Below, piece after piece: positions 51,423-62,095 of a stretch of 64,000 bases of DNA. This stretch comes from Candidatus Oxydemutatoraceae bacterium (lineage in GTDB: Bacteria; Pseudomonadota; Gammaproteobacteria; Poriferisulfidales; Oxydemutatoraceae): the NCBI GenBank assembly GCA_965220085.1, contig CBDCOZ010000001.1, positions 1 through 64,000 of the forward strand, given 5' to 3'. The position numbers were made by a program, and so were the translations under genes. Positions within the stretch are counted from its first letter, which is position 1. The number at the start of each line of letters is the position of its first letter. The notes beneath the pieces were generated by a model, which was not told where the DNA came from, did no database searches, and saw only the letters and a program-made list of their open reading frames with translations.

Positions 51423-54400
51423 GAAAGGCTATTATTTGGTTGCGGAAAATTCGCACAGCACCGTCGTTGCAGAGTACGATCCGAAGTACCCTCGTGATAC
51501 GGATTACCAAAGTGAGGCAGATCTTGAAGAAGCATTTGTTAGGCAGTTAACAATGCAGGGGTATGAGTATGTGAATATTACATCCGAAGACAGCCTGAAA
51601 CAGAACCTTCGTGATCGACTAGAAAAGCTGAACGACTTTTCATTTACTGACAGTGAGTGGGGACAGTTCTTTGATAACGAGATAGCTAATCAAAACCAGA
51701 GTATTAAAGAAAAAACAAAAACCATACAGGAAGACCACATAAAGAGTCTAAAGCGTGATGACGGCACTACAAAGAATATATACCTCCTGAAAAAGGGTAA
51801 TGATGTCCATGACAATCACTTGCAGGTAATCAACCAATACACCACCGATGATGGCAAACGGTCTAATCGCTACGATGTGACAGTGCTTGTAAATGGTTTG
51901 CCATTAGTGCATGTGGAGCTCAAACGGCGTGGCGTGGCTATTCAAGAAGCATTTAATCAGATTAACCGTTACCAGCGTGAGAGTTTCTGGGCATCGGCCG
52001 GGCTTTTTGAGTATGTGCAGATTTTTGTTATCTCAAACGGAACCCATACCAAGTATTACAGCAATACAACTCGCAGACAGCATGTTGATGAGGCCAAAGC
52101 GCGTCCGGCAAAGACGGGTAAACGTGCAAGCAATAGTTTTGAGTTCACAAACTGGTGGGCAGATCATCAGAACAAACCGATAACGGATTTGCTCGGGTTT
52201 ACCGAGACATTTCTTTATAAACATACCCTGTTGAATATCCTTACCCGCTATTGCGTATTCACAACTGATGAGCAATTGTTGGTGATGCGCCCGTATCAGA
52301 TTGCGGCGACAGAGGAGATATTGCAAAAAATTGCCATGAGCGCAAACCATAAACAATTTGGCACAATGAAAGCGGGCGGATACATATGGCATACCACCGG
52401 TTCAGGAAAAACCCTAACTAGTTTCAAGATTGCACAGCTTGCCAGTCAATTGCCCGAAGTGAAGAAGGTGCTGTTTGTAGTTGACCGCAAGGACTTGGAT
52501 GTCCAGACAATGCGTGAGTATGACCGCTTTAAGGAAGGTGCTGCTAACAGCAATGTCAGCACACGTATTCTGCAACAGCAGATGGGGGATTCAGATGCGA
52601 ATATCATCATTACAACCATCCAGAAACTCTCCCGCTTTATAGGCAAGAATTCAGGCCATACGATATTTGATGACCAAATCGTGATTATTTTTGACGAGTG
52701 CCACCGTTCGCAGTTCGGCAGCATGCATACTGCCATCACGAAAGCATTCAAAAAATATCATCTGTTTGGCTTCACTGGCACCCCGATCTTTGCAAAGAAT
52801 GCATCTTCCAGTGGAAAGATAAACCTGAAAACCACGGAGCAGGCGTTCGGTGAGAAGCTACACACTTATAGTATTGTGGATGCAATTGCCGACAAGAATG
52901 TTCTGCCGTTTAAGGTGGATTATGTTTCTACAATGCGGGAAGAGGAGGATATTGAGGACAAGAAAGTAAGCGATATTAATCGCGATGCCGCACTTGCCTC
53001 ACCGGAGCGTCTTGGCAATATTGTGCAGTATATTCTTGAGCATTTTGACCAGAAGACCAAGCGGAATACATCTTACAAACTGAAAGAACGGAGGTTGCGA
53101 GGATTCAATTCTATTTTTGCTGTTCCCTCAATTGAGGTGGCAACAAAGTATTACGCCGAATTTAAAAGACAACTTGAAGCTGTGCCAAGTGACAAGCAAC
53201 TGAAGGTGGCATTGATTTACAGTTTTTGTGTAAATGATGACGAAGCGGGCGGTGACGGGGTACCTGATGAGAACTCTGAAGGCACAGAGGGTTTGGATCA
53301 GACTTCGCGAGATTTTCTGGATGGAGCCATTGCCGATTACAACAAGATGTTTGGAACATCCTACGACACTTCATCTGACAAATTCCAAAACTATTACAAA
53401 GACGTCAGCTTACGCGTTAAAAATCGTGAAGTAGATATTCTCATCGTGGTCAATATGTTCCTGACTGGCTTTGATGCAACGACTCTCAACACATTGTGGG
53501 TAGACAAGAATCTGCGGTTACACGGACTGCTTCAGGCGTATTCGCGTACCAATCGGATTCTGAACAGCGTGAAAACTTTCGGGAACATTGTCTGTTTCCG
53601 CAATCTGGAGAAAGCAACCAATGAGTCAATCGCTCTTTTCGGTGATAGAGACGCCACCGGTATTGTGCTACTGAAAAGCTATGAGGAGTATTACACAGGC
53701 TATAACGAAGGCGGGAAAAATGTGCCCGGTTATGAAAGTCTGGTGAATGAGCTGTTAGAGAAGTTTCCTGTCGGGGAGCGCATTGAGGGAGAGCAAAGTC
53801 AAAAAGATTTCATAAAGCTTTACGGTTCAATCTTGCGTGTGCGTAACATACTGGAGACCTTTGATCAGTTCGCCGGTAACGAAATTCTGTCTGAGCGTGA
53901 TGTTCAGGATTATCACAGTATGTATATTGACTTATATAAGGAGTTGCGGACACAGGCAAAGGGGGATAAGGAAAACATCAATGATGACATCGTGTTTGAA
54001 ATGGAGCTTATCAAGCAGGTGGAGATTAATATTGATTACATATTGGAACTTGTCAAAAAATATCACGAGACCCAGAGCAAAGATAAAGAGGTTACTCTGG
54101 AGAGTATCAACAAGGCCATTGACTCAAGTATTGAATTGCGCAACAAGAAGGAGCTGATTAACAAATTTATTGCCTCACTTGATGTGAAGTCTGTAGTTGA
54201 TGATGACTGGCAGAAGTTTGTTGATGAGGAAAAGAAAGCGGAACTGGATCAGATTATTAAAGACCAGAAGCTCAACCGGGAAGAAACATACCAATTTATT
54301 GATAAAGCCTTTCAAGAAGGTGTCATCACCACAACAGGCACTAACCTTGCTCATATTTTACCGCCTGTGTCGCGCTTTGACCCCGAAGGCAAGCGCACAC

Positions 54401-54477
54401 AAATTCGCGAAAGCGTCATTGAAAAACTGGAGGAATTCTTCGAGAAATTCTTTGGCATCTCAAAAAGAGAACGATAG
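51412..54477 (+). CDS. hsdR: Type I R-M restriction subunit
   Basis: RYDVTVLVNGLPLVHVELK, HTTGSGKT, DECHR, FTGTP, LTGFD, QAYSRTNR. Confidence 0.97.
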   Translation: MPDKKGYYLVAENSHSTVVAEYDPKYPRDTDYQSEADLEEAFVRQLTMQGYEYVNITSEDSLKQNLRDRLEKLNDFSFTDSEWGQFFDNEIANQNQSIKEKTKTIQEDHIKSLKRDDGTTKNIYLLKKGNDVHDNHLQVINQYTTDDGKRSNRYDVTVLVNGLPLVHVELKRRGVAIQEAFNQINRYQRESFWASAGLFEYVQIFVISNGTHTKYYSNTTRRQHVDEAKARPAKTGKRASNSFEFTNWWADHQNKPITDLLGFTETFLYKHTLLNILTRYCVFTTDEQLLVMRPYQIAATEEILQKIAMSANHKQFGTMKAGGYIWHTTGSGKTLTSFKIAQLASQLPEVKKVLFVVDRKDLDVQTMREYDRFKEGAANSNVSTRILQQQMGDSDANIIITTIQKLSRFIGKNSGHTIFDDQIVIIFDECHRSQFGSMHTAITKAFKKYHLFGFTGTPIFAKNASSSGKINLKTTEQAFGEKLHTYSIVDAIADKNVLPFKVDYVSTMREEEDIEDKKVSDINRDAALASPERLGNIVQYILEHFDQKTKRNTSYKLKERRLRGFNSIFAVPSIEVATKYYAEFKRQLEAVPSDKQLKVALIYSFCVNDDEAGGDGVPDENSEGTEGLDQTSRDFLDGAIADYNKMFGTSYDTSSDKFQNYYKDVSLRVKNREVDILIVVNMFLTGFDATTLNTLWVDKNLRLHGLLQAYSRTNRILNSVKTFGNIVCFRNLEKATNESIALFGDRDATGIVLLKSYEEYYTGYNEGGKNVPGYESLVNELLEKFPVGERIEGEQSQKDFIKLYGSILRVRNILETFDQFAGNEILSERDVQDYHSMYIDLYKELRTQAKGDKENINDDIVFEMELIKQVEINIDYILELVKKYHETQSKDKEVTLESINKAIDSSIELRNKKELINKFIASLDVKSVVDDDWQKFVDEEKKAELDQIIKDQKLNREETYQFIDKAFQEGVITTTGTNLAHILPPVSRFDPEGKRTQIRESVIEKLEEFFEKFFGISKRER

Positions 54478-54662
54478 CTTTAGCCGATTTTCCTGACAGA
54501 GACTGCGGATATCTCATTCTAGGCTAGCTATGAGAGAAACCTGCAAGATTGACTGAATATACTTAAATCTATTGAGAGTTGTTATACTTATCGCGGTGTG
54601 ATGGGGAGAACGAAGTGTAGTTGACCGTTAGGAACCATGCACGAAATTAAAGGCGTACTACA

Positions 54663-55721
54663 ATGAAAAATAGGCAGTGCAATAAAACCAAACTTACTGC
54701 AATTGATCTCTTCTGCGGGGCGGGAGGACTGACGCTTGGCCTGAAACGAGCAGGGTTTACTGTGCTGGCAGGTGTTGAATTAGAAGAGGTGCCTGCGAAT
54801 ACTTACCGGATGAACCATCCGAATACGCTTTGTATACAAAAAGATATTCGTGATTTGGATGCTATTGATCTGTTAAAGCCTCTCGGATTAAAACGAGGTC
54901 AACTTGACCTTTTAGCAGGGTGCCCACCCTGTCAGGGGTTTTCAACACTACGCACTCGGAAAAAGGTGGCGGCGGTTCCTGACAAGCGGAATAACCTGCT
55001 TTTTGAGTTTTTGCGAATAGTTAAAATGCTTTCACCTCGCGCTATTATGATAGAGAACGTGCCAGCACTTGCAACAGACCAGCGTATGAACAAATTTATC
55101 AAAGAAATTGCACACTTGGGCTACTATGCAGATTGTGACAGTGTAAAGATTCTGGATGCGGCAGAGTTTGGTGTTCCTCAAAGACGACAGCGCATGATTC
55201 TTGCTACGTCAAAAACAAGTCAAGTTAAAGATGCTAGACGCTCTAAAATGATAACTGTTCGCCAATATCTGGAAAGAGTTGGACTCAAGTCAGTGGGTAC
55301 CGCAGGAGACCCATTGCATGACTATAAACCTACAAGGACACAACGAGTGCAAGAAATTATCAGAAATATACCTAAAGATGGTGGCTCTCGTAGCGCCTTG
55401 CCGAATCATCTCGTTCTGGCTTGCCATAGAAAGCACCCATTCTGTTTCAGAGATGTGTATGGACGTATGGCGTGGGACAAGGTTGCACCAACTATCACTG
55501 GTGGATGTGGGAACCCATCCAAGGGACGTTATCTCCATCCCGATGAAAACAGAGCAATCACTCTACGTGAAGCAGCGTTACTACAAACTTTTCCTGCCAA
55601 CTACAAATTTGATTTGTCCAGAGGGCGTGACAAAGTTGCGTTAATGATAGGCAATGCGCTCCCCCCTGAATTCATTAAGCGGCACGCTAAGATGATAGCA
55701 AAAGCACTTTTAGCAGAGTAG
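54663..55721 (+). CDS. dcm: DNA (cytosine-5)-methyltransferase
   Basis: DLFCGAGG, PPCQGFS, ENV, QRRQR, LREAALLQTFP, IGNALPP. Confidence 0.95.
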   Translation: MKNRQCNKTKLTAIDLFCGAGGLTLGLKRAGFTVLAGVELEEVPANTYRMNHPNTLCIQKDIRDLDAIDLLKPLGLKRGQLDLLAGCPPCQGFSTLRTRKKVAAVPDKRNNLLFEFLRIVKMLSPRAIMIENVPALATDQRMNKFIKEIAHLGYYADCDSVKILDAAEFGVPQRRQRMILATSKTSQVKDARRSKMITVRQYLERVGLKSVGTAGDPLHDYKPTRTQRVQEIIRNIPKDGGSRSALPNHLVLACHRKHPFCFRDVYGRMAWDKVAPTITGGCGNPSKGRYLHPDENRAITLREAALLQTFPANYKFDLSRGRDKVALMIGNALPPEFIKRHAKMIAKALLAE

Positions 55722-57677
55722 ATGACAGACACGAAACTCCATTTAAGTTTCCATGGTCGGATAATTGACCATATTGGTATCCAGATGTACCAAAGCCCAA
55801 CTGCAGCTCTTGCAGAGATTGTTGCCAATTCATGGGATGCTGATGCTACTGAAGTGAATATCTTTTTCGACTTTAGTTCCGACGAAAAGTCAGATTGGAC
55901 GATTACTGTTTCGGATAATGGTAATGGAATGACAAAAGATGAGTGTCAGGAAAAATTCCTGAATGTTGGTTTCAATAGGCGAGAACAGGATGGCCCTAAG
56001 GCCACATCGCTTCAAAGGGGACGCCCGCTGATGGGGCGAAAGGGCATCGGGAAGTTTGCTGGGTTTGGAATTGCTCGTTTTATTGAAATTGATACAGTTA
56101 GTCAGGAGACAAAAGAGCGGACTATGTTCGAGCTTGATCAAGAGATTATTCGGCAAGGCGACAGCTATGTTTCTACCGATCAACTAAAAATTGATGCGAC
56201 ACATGACAAAAATGTAGCAGGTAAGAATTGTGGCACTAAGGTTACCCTTCGCAACTTGGAGTTGAGTCGACGAATACCTGAGGGACAGTTTAGGGCATCG
56301 TTAGCAAGACGGTTTCTTATTAACAGCACAGCTGATGAGTTCTCGGTCAAGGTCAACGGTCAAATCATGTCTGACGATGTGGATGCATCTTCAATAGAGA
56401 TGAGCTTTCCACGCGATTTACCGGATGATGACAAGGAAAGCCGCAATGTCAATATTGATGATGACGGTTGGGGTACAGAAGACATTGACGAAGGCAAGCG
56501 CGTTCGCTGGCGTGTTCAATTCTTTAAGGAACTTGTCAAAGACGAAGAACTATCAGGAGTTACAATTTTTGCCCACAAGAAATTGGCTCAGCGTCCATTC
56601 ATGTTCAATGTGTCTGGGGGGTTGGGCAGTCAGGCTGGACCGGAGTATATGTCGGGACAAGTAGTGGCTGATTGGGTGGATGAGCTCACAACAGAAATGA
56701 TTTCCACAGAACGCCAACGACTTCGCTGGGAGCACCCAGAACTCAAAAAGCTTGAGGGCTGGGGACAGAACCTTATAAGGCGGCTATTGTCAATTTGGAA
56801 AAGTAAACGTACCGAAGAAAAAATGAACTACCTGAAAGAAAAAGTTGGCACTTTTTCAGACCGTCTTGAAAGCCTCGGTTCAGAAGGCAAACCAGTGCGT
56901 AAGGCCATAAAGAAACTAGCAGAAATAGAAAAACTATCTAAAGCTCAATTTGAGGACATGGGCGATGCGGTTCTTCTAGCATGGGAGGGAGGGAGGCTCA
57001 AAGAGTTAATTAAGGAAATTGCGCAAGCAGACAAGATGGATGAAAAAGAATTTATGAAAATTCTTGTGGAAGCAAATGTTATCACAGCACTTCATACTGC
57101 TGAAACTATCAGTGCCAAACTGCAGGCTATTAAGACCCTTGAGCAGAAAATAAAACAAAAAGACTATGAACATGTTGTTCGTGATCACATTTCGGAGAAC
57201 CCATGGCTAATCTCACCAAAATGGGAAACTTTTGCAAAAGAGAAAAGACTTGCAAGTGTATGTGAGAAAGCAGGAAGTACCATCTATGGAGAAGATTCAG
57301 CATTTAGTCAACGTATAGATTTGGTTCTTTCCTCCGGTAATCAACTGCTTGTTCTGGAGTTCATGCGCCCTGGCATTACAATAGACCGAGACCACCTTCA
57401 GAGGTTTGATGCTTATATGGATTTTTTGCAGGGTCATATTACCAATAATACCGGTCTCCCATTCAATCAACTGAGTGGGTATATCATTGCTGACAATCAA
57501 GCGGCAAAGCGTGATATTGATGTGTACATAGGAAGGATAGAATCTAACAAGCGTTATGTAATGACTTGGGAGGATTTAATCGCAAAAGCCAAATATGAAT
57601 GGAGAGAATTTCTAAATCACGTGAAACAACGCTCACCTGATGATGAGCGCCTCAAATCAATCCGAGAAGAAACCTAA
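55722..57677 (+). CDS. GHKL (MORC/HSP90-like) ATPase with C-terminal nuclease-like domain
   Basis: EIVANSWDADA, DNGNGM, GRKGIGKFA, GTKV; C-terminal NPWL...RIDLV...VLEFMRP. Confidence 0.8.
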   Translation: MTDTKLHLSFHGRIIDHIGIQMYQSPTAALAEIVANSWDADATEVNIFFDFSSDEKSDWTITVSDNGNGMTKDECQEKFLNVGFNRREQDGPKATSLQRGRPLMGRKGIGKFAGFGIARFIEIDTVSQETKERTMFELDQEIIRQGDSYVSTDQLKIDATHDKNVAGKNCGTKVTLRNLELSRRIPEGQFRASLARRFLINSTADEFSVKVNGQIMSDDVDASSIEMSFPRDLPDDDKESRNVNIDDDGWGTEDIDEGKRVRWRVQFFKELVKDEELSGVTIFAHKKLAQRPFMFNVSGGLGSQAGPEYMSGQVVADWVDELTTEMISTERQRLRWEHPELKKLEGWGQNLIRRLLSIWKSKRTEEKMNYLKEKVGTFSDRLESLGSEGKPVRKAIKKLAEIEKLSKAQFEDMGDAVLLAWEGGRLKELIKEIAQADKMDEKEFMKILVEANVITALHTAETISAKLQAIKTLEQKIKQKDYEHVVRDHISENPWLISPKWETFAKEKRLASVCEKAGSTIYGEDSAFSQRIDLVLSSGNQLLVLEFMRPGITIDRDHLQRFDAYMDFLQGHITNNTGLPFNQLSGYIIADNQAAKRDIDVYIGRIESNKRYVMTWEDLIAKAKYEWREFLNHVKQRSPDDERLKSIREET

Positions 57678-57845
57678 AATCAAACTATCCTTGATAGTGA
57701 ATGCGACCAGAAACATTCTAAACTCTTAGAATTAACAAATCGGCTAACAGGTATTTGAGTGCTATGTTGACGGCAGGCGATGCCCCTCACCGGTGCGCCT
57801 GCGGGGATGGTGCGATTCGTGTAGCCCTATAATTCACAGGTGTTT

Positions 57846-57877
57846 TCTTATTATATTGCAAACGGCAGTTGGGCTGA
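57846..57877 (+). repeat. right direct repeat (att-like) of the defence island
   Basis: TCTTATTATATTGCAAACGGCAGTTGGGCTGA, one-base indel versus 42620-42650. Confidence 0.65.
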
Positions 57878-57920
57878 GATTCGATACGACTTTCTTCACT
57901 CTGATACAATACCCCGTGCT

Positions 57921-58121
57921 ATGATTAATGTTCAGAACATCATTAATTTCCTACGGGCCGCCCGCTCCTCTACCAGGGTGCTCATTGCCATTGCCACTGT
58001 GCTCAGTGTGCTCATATTGTGCCTCACGATTATGTCTATCTTTGCTCCAGATCAATTCAATTATCTTGTCCAAATACTTTTTCGTGTATTTCACAGTATT
58101 TATTCGGAGGGTTCGGAGTAG
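57921..58121 (+). CDS. small membrane protein
   Basis: 66 aa with one long hydrophobic helix. Confidence 0.4.
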   Translation: MINVQNIINFLRAARSSTRVLIAIATVLSVLILCLTIMSIFAPDQFNYLVQILFRVFHSIYSEGSE

Positions 58122-58608
58122 TCGCCGCCAGACTACCTGCTAGTCAGCCCCCTTAGCTTACCTCCTCTTCCGCGAGGGGAGGGTAATGCACAGTGCTCAC
58201 TACTGCAACGCCCCCAAGGAAGAGGCGCAGGGTAAAAGCTTCCCCGCATCGGTGCGTTTGCGAGGTTTCGCCTTTAGTGCCCGGCTACCACATGCATTTC
58301 CAAACATAATAAGAATCTCGCTGTAAATCATACATATAGAAAGGAGAGGGATTTCCAAATATAATAAAATAAATCCCGCGCAGACGGAGATATCCGTCAC
58401 ACTCAAAGGTCTAAAACAACCGGCGCTTTTCCGGCATGCGGTTTGGCTTATGCCTTTGCTTGTTTCTCCTAAAAAACTTGATAGCAGAGGCTGAGCTGCC
58501 GGCGAAGGGCGATGCGGCGAGGGGGAAGTTTGTCGGGGTTTGCGAGGGGAACGGAGCGATGCGGCGGGGGACAAGTCTCTGCCGGACGAGTTCAATTCCT
58601 GCCCAATC

Positions 58609-60006
58609 CTAACCGCCCGCCTCGCAAGCCGCCGCCAAATCCACCGGCAACAGATGCAGGCGCAGCGGCTTCTCCCCGCTCGGCTCGCGCAACACTTGCG
58701 GCTCGGCAAAGCGTTCGCTCCTGGGGTACAGCAACGCCAGTTCCACCGGGCATCCCTTGTCGCGGCAATAGCGCATGCCGTAGGAATACATCTGGTAGAT
58801 GTCGGCCTGACTTATGCCGTGCTTATCCTGCTCTTTGCCTATCCGCTTCCACTTGGTGTCCATGATAATCCAGTGGCCGCCGTCCGTCCGCGGCGCCGCC
58901 ACTATGTCCGGGCGCATTGCAAAATTCAGCTTGCCTCCGGATGCATCCTCCATCACTCTTGCCACCTCGCGGCTCTGGGTGTGTATGCGCCAGTCGCCGC
59001 TCTGCAAAACTTCTTGCAGTTCTGGCGGGCAAAGCAACCAGCGGGCGCAGTCCGGCCGCCGTTCGTGCCGGCGCAAGTGCGCCGCCACAAACTTCTCAAA
59101 CACTTGCTCCATGGGGAACAGCAGGGAATAGGCCAGAGTATCGGCGCGCCAACTGGCCGGATTGAGCCGCTCCAATATGGTGCGCGCCCACAGCAGCGGC
59201 ATCCTGTAGTGGTCGGCGGCCTCGCGCCGCAAATGCACCTTGTCATCCTCAACGCGCCAGTCGCCGGGCAGGGACACGCCGTCAAAATGCGGCGACAACT
59301 GGTGCGCAATCCTGTAGTTGTCAACATTGCTAATCAGTGGCCGCACCCGCTCCAGAGCGCATTTCATGACGCGATTGGCCGGCCGGTCTGGCGTCCATTC
59401 ATCGTAGCGCACATAAAACCGTTCCTTGCGCACCAGATTGTGACGCAACTGCCCGCCAAAATCCAACCGCCCGCGCAAAAACGGCAGGTTGCCCTCTCTG
59501 GGGCTGTACGCATGGGCCAGCCCGCGCCGCACCAGCCCCCGCACCGACTCCAAGAACAATGCGATCAACTGCTCCAACAACGGCATGTCCCCGTGCCGTT
59601 GCACTGACACATCATCAAAACGCCGGGGCTCCTTGCCGCCATCCAACCACGCGGGCAACATCCGCATAAAAATTGTGCGCGTTTGCTTGTCGGCATCAAC
59701 GCTTGACCCCAAATCAATCTTCGGCAAAATCTCCAACGCCGGCCCATCCCGCGCCTGCAAAGCCCCGCAGTAGTTGCGCGCCTGCATATGCTCATGCCCA
59801 AAGCGCATCAACTCCGGCGGCTTGCCGCCATCCTGCCTGCCGCGCCATTCATCCACGCCAGCCGCCAGCGCATCGTAGCACTTGCGACACAACTTTATAT
59901 CCCCGCCGGGCCCGGCGCCCGCGCACCAATGGCAAGATTCATCCGCGCTCAATCTTATACTGTCATATTCACGCAGAACCAGCGGCGGCCTGTCAGCCAT
60001 TGTCAT
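58609..60006 (-). CDS. mcrC: McrC-family restriction nuclease subunit
   Basis: LEILPKI, LRGRLD, LLFPMEQVFEKFV, MRPDI...IMDTKWK, SQADIYQMYSY. Confidence 0.9.
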   Translation of the reverse strand: MTMADRPPLVLREYDSIRLSADESCHWCAGAGPGGDIKLCRKCYDALAAGVDEWRGRQDGGKPPELMRFGHEHMQARNYCGALQARDGPALEILPKIDLGSSVDADKQTRTIFMRMLPAWLDGGKEPRRFDDVSVQRHGDMPLLEQLIALFLESVRGLVRRGLAHAYSPREGNLPFLRGRLDFGGQLRHNLVRKERFYVRYDEWTPDRPANRVMKCALERVRPLISNVDNYRIAHQLSPHFDGVSLPGDWRVEDDKVHLRREAADHYRMPLLWARTILERLNPASWRADTLAYSLLFPMEQVFEKFVAAHLRRHERRPDCARWLLCPPELQEVLQSGDWRIHTQSREVARVMEDASGGKLNFAMRPDIVAAPRTDGGHWIIMDTKWKRIGKEQDKHGISQADIYQMYSYGMRYCRDKGCPVELALLYPRSERFAEPQVLREPSGEKPLRLHLLPVDLAAACEAGG

Positions 60007-62095
60007 CGCCGTAAATTTTCCGGTACTGCTCCGGTTGTTTCAAAGCCTCGCTCAGCGCCTTGCCCTCCAACAACTCCTGTCTCTCGCAAAACGCGTCGTT
60101 AAGCGCCTTGGCGATGCTCTTCATGTCATCAAAAAAGTACTCCCGTAGCAGCGGGATGATGCTGTGCTCAAACGCCTCCGCCAAAGCGTCCATGCCATCC
60201 GCCTCCATCAAATAGGAATGGCCTATGCAGTGATTGCGGTTGTGCAACTTCGTGATGCGCTCGTTCATCTTATCCAGCAACGCGGGCAAGTTCACGCCCG
60301 CCACCTCCCGCAACAAGTTCGACTTCGGCATCATCTCTATAAACCGGAAGCGGCGGCGCAAGGCGGTATCCAACAACGCAATGGAGCGGTCGGCGGTGTT
60401 CATGGTGCCAATGATATGCACATTGGCAGGCACCGAAAACTTCTCGCCGGAGTATGGCAACTTCGCCGAAAGTTCATCGCTGCCGCCCTTGCGCTTGTTC
60501 TCTTCGATCAGCGTAATCAACTCCCCGAATATCTTGGAGATGTTCCCCCGATTGATCTCATCAATGATTAGCACATATGGCTTGCTCGAATTATCGTCAC
60601 GCCTGTCTTCCAGCCCGCATTCTTGCTTCATAAAGTTCAGCAATCCGGGGGTGTATGACTCAAGGCCACTGGCGGGTACTCCCGTTTCATAAGACTTTCT
60701 CAGGGTACGCCTTGTCAAATTGTATTTCTCGTGGCGAAAGCGCTTAGCAGCAAACCCTATGCAATCAAACCTATCCCCACGAACCACATTGTAATCCAGC
60801 CCTCTCGCAGTTTTTAGTGGTATGCCATCCTCCCGCCCGTCAATCTCATCCAGCAACTTATCGTACGCTTCGTCAAAGTTATCTGTGGACGGGGCTACGG
60901 CACGAGCGCACAACTCCTTGAAAAGGCCATCCCTTATCTCGTAACTCATTTCGCCATCGGCGCTGTCCAAGTCCGGGCGTATGCCCTCAATGAATTCCTC
61001 ATAGCCGTAACTCTGATGGAATGTGATGAAGACAATCTGCCCCTCCGATAGCAGCTCTTGGTAGCGAGCCTTTATCTCGTCATCACCGGCAGGCGCATCC
61101 TCGCCATCAATAATCCGCACTGCCATCTCGGCGGTGTTGTGGGTTTTGCCGGTGCCGGGCGGCCCGTAAAGTATCTGGTTGAGTGGTTGCATGGTGCCGT
61201 TGCCTCCCGTGTCGGAATCGGTTTGTGGGCCTTTGAGATCCTTCCATGGCGAATCAAAGTGATCAAGTTCATGCGTCCCCCGCTTTTGTTCCTCCGCTTT
61301 GCGGAACGCATACAAGGCCTTGTCTATCTCGTATATGGGAGCGCTTTGCCCTCCGGAAAATCCGGCTCTTTCCACAGCATATTTTCGCTTCTTTTCCTGA
61401 GCAAAAATGCGCTCAAAGTAATCCGGGAACAACAGGTAGACAAGTGTGTTGCGCATGGTCTTGTCATAGCCATTCCAATCGTGTAGCATTTTTGCAAATT
61501 GCCAAGCGTTGTTTTCAGATTCTGCTTGCCGTAGCAGAGTGTGATTCTGCCGATACCCGCCTTCTGTTTTCCAGAAAAGAATAAACTCTATCAAATACTT
61601 GGTTGCGCGGTGGGAGCCCTGCTGGACCAAGCCTCGTCCGGCACTGCCAATGCCTTTTTGCAATTCTTCCGATGACATGTTGGCAGGAGGCTCTTCCCCC
61701 GACCATTCCCATACGGTTCTCGGATAGTTTATGCGATTATTCTGGTTGTTTCGGGAGCAGTCGGCCAGATAAACCAGACAAATTACTTCGGCCATAAGCT
61801 TGTACAAACTGGCAGGTGCCCGCTCTGTTTGCCGATGATTATTGACTTCCGTATCTTTGCATGCCTCGCCACTGAACTGTATCCGCAACTTGCGCATGAA
61901 TTTGTTGTCTTCTTCCGCTTCCATGGCGCCCAACATGCGGCCTATGTAGTACTTCTGCAGCCCCTTGCAATTCTCCTCTGTCCATAGTCTTTCGTCGGTG
62001 AACAGGGAGCCATCGCCCAGCAGGCATTGTTCGCGCCATCTATCGGCTAATTCCAGTATTTTGGTAATGTCAAAGTGGGCGTTGTAGCGACTCAT
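59993..62095 (-). CDS. mcrB: McrB-family AAA+ GTPase with divergent N-terminal domain
   Basis: LNQILYGPPGTGKT, FHQSYGYEEFIEG, IIDEINRGN, TMNTADRS, ALRRRF. Confidence 0.92.
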   Translation of the reverse strand: MSRYNAHFDITKILELADRWREQCLLGDGSLFTDERLWTEENCKGLQKYYIGRMLGAMEAEEDNKFMRKLRIQFSGEACKDTEVNNHRQTERAPASLYKLMAEVICLVYLADCSRNNQNNRINYPRTVWEWSGEEPPANMSSEELQKGIGSAGRGLVQQGSHRATKYLIEFILFWKTEGGYRQNHTLLRQAESENNAWQFAKMLHDWNGYDKTMRNTLVYLLFPDYFERIFAQEKKRKYAVERAGFSGGQSAPIYEIDKALYAFRKAEEQKRGTHELDHFDSPWKDLKGPQTDSDTGGNGTMQPLNQILYGPPGTGKTHNTAEMAVRIIDGEDAPAGDDEIKARYQELLSEGQIVFITFHQSYGYEEFIEGIRPDLDSADGEMSYEIRDGLFKELCARAVAPSTDNFDEAYDKLLDEIDGREDGIPLKTARGLDYNVVRGDRFDCIGFAAKRFRHEKYNLTRRTLRKSYETGVPASGLESYTPGLLNFMKQECGLEDRRDDNSSKPYVLIIDEINRGNISKIFGELITLIEENKRKGGSDELSAKLPYSGEKFSVPANVHIIGTMNTADRSIALLDTALRRRFRFIEMMPKSNLLREVAGVNLPALLDKMNERITKLHNRNHCIGHSYLMEADGMDALAEAFEHSIIPLLREYFFDDMKSIAKALNDAFCERQELLEGKALSEALKQPEQYRKIYGDDNG

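Noticed and set aside
57613-57628. parS-like TAAATCACGTGAAACA
   Set aside because: Three mismatches to the consensus, single copy, and inside a foreign coding region.
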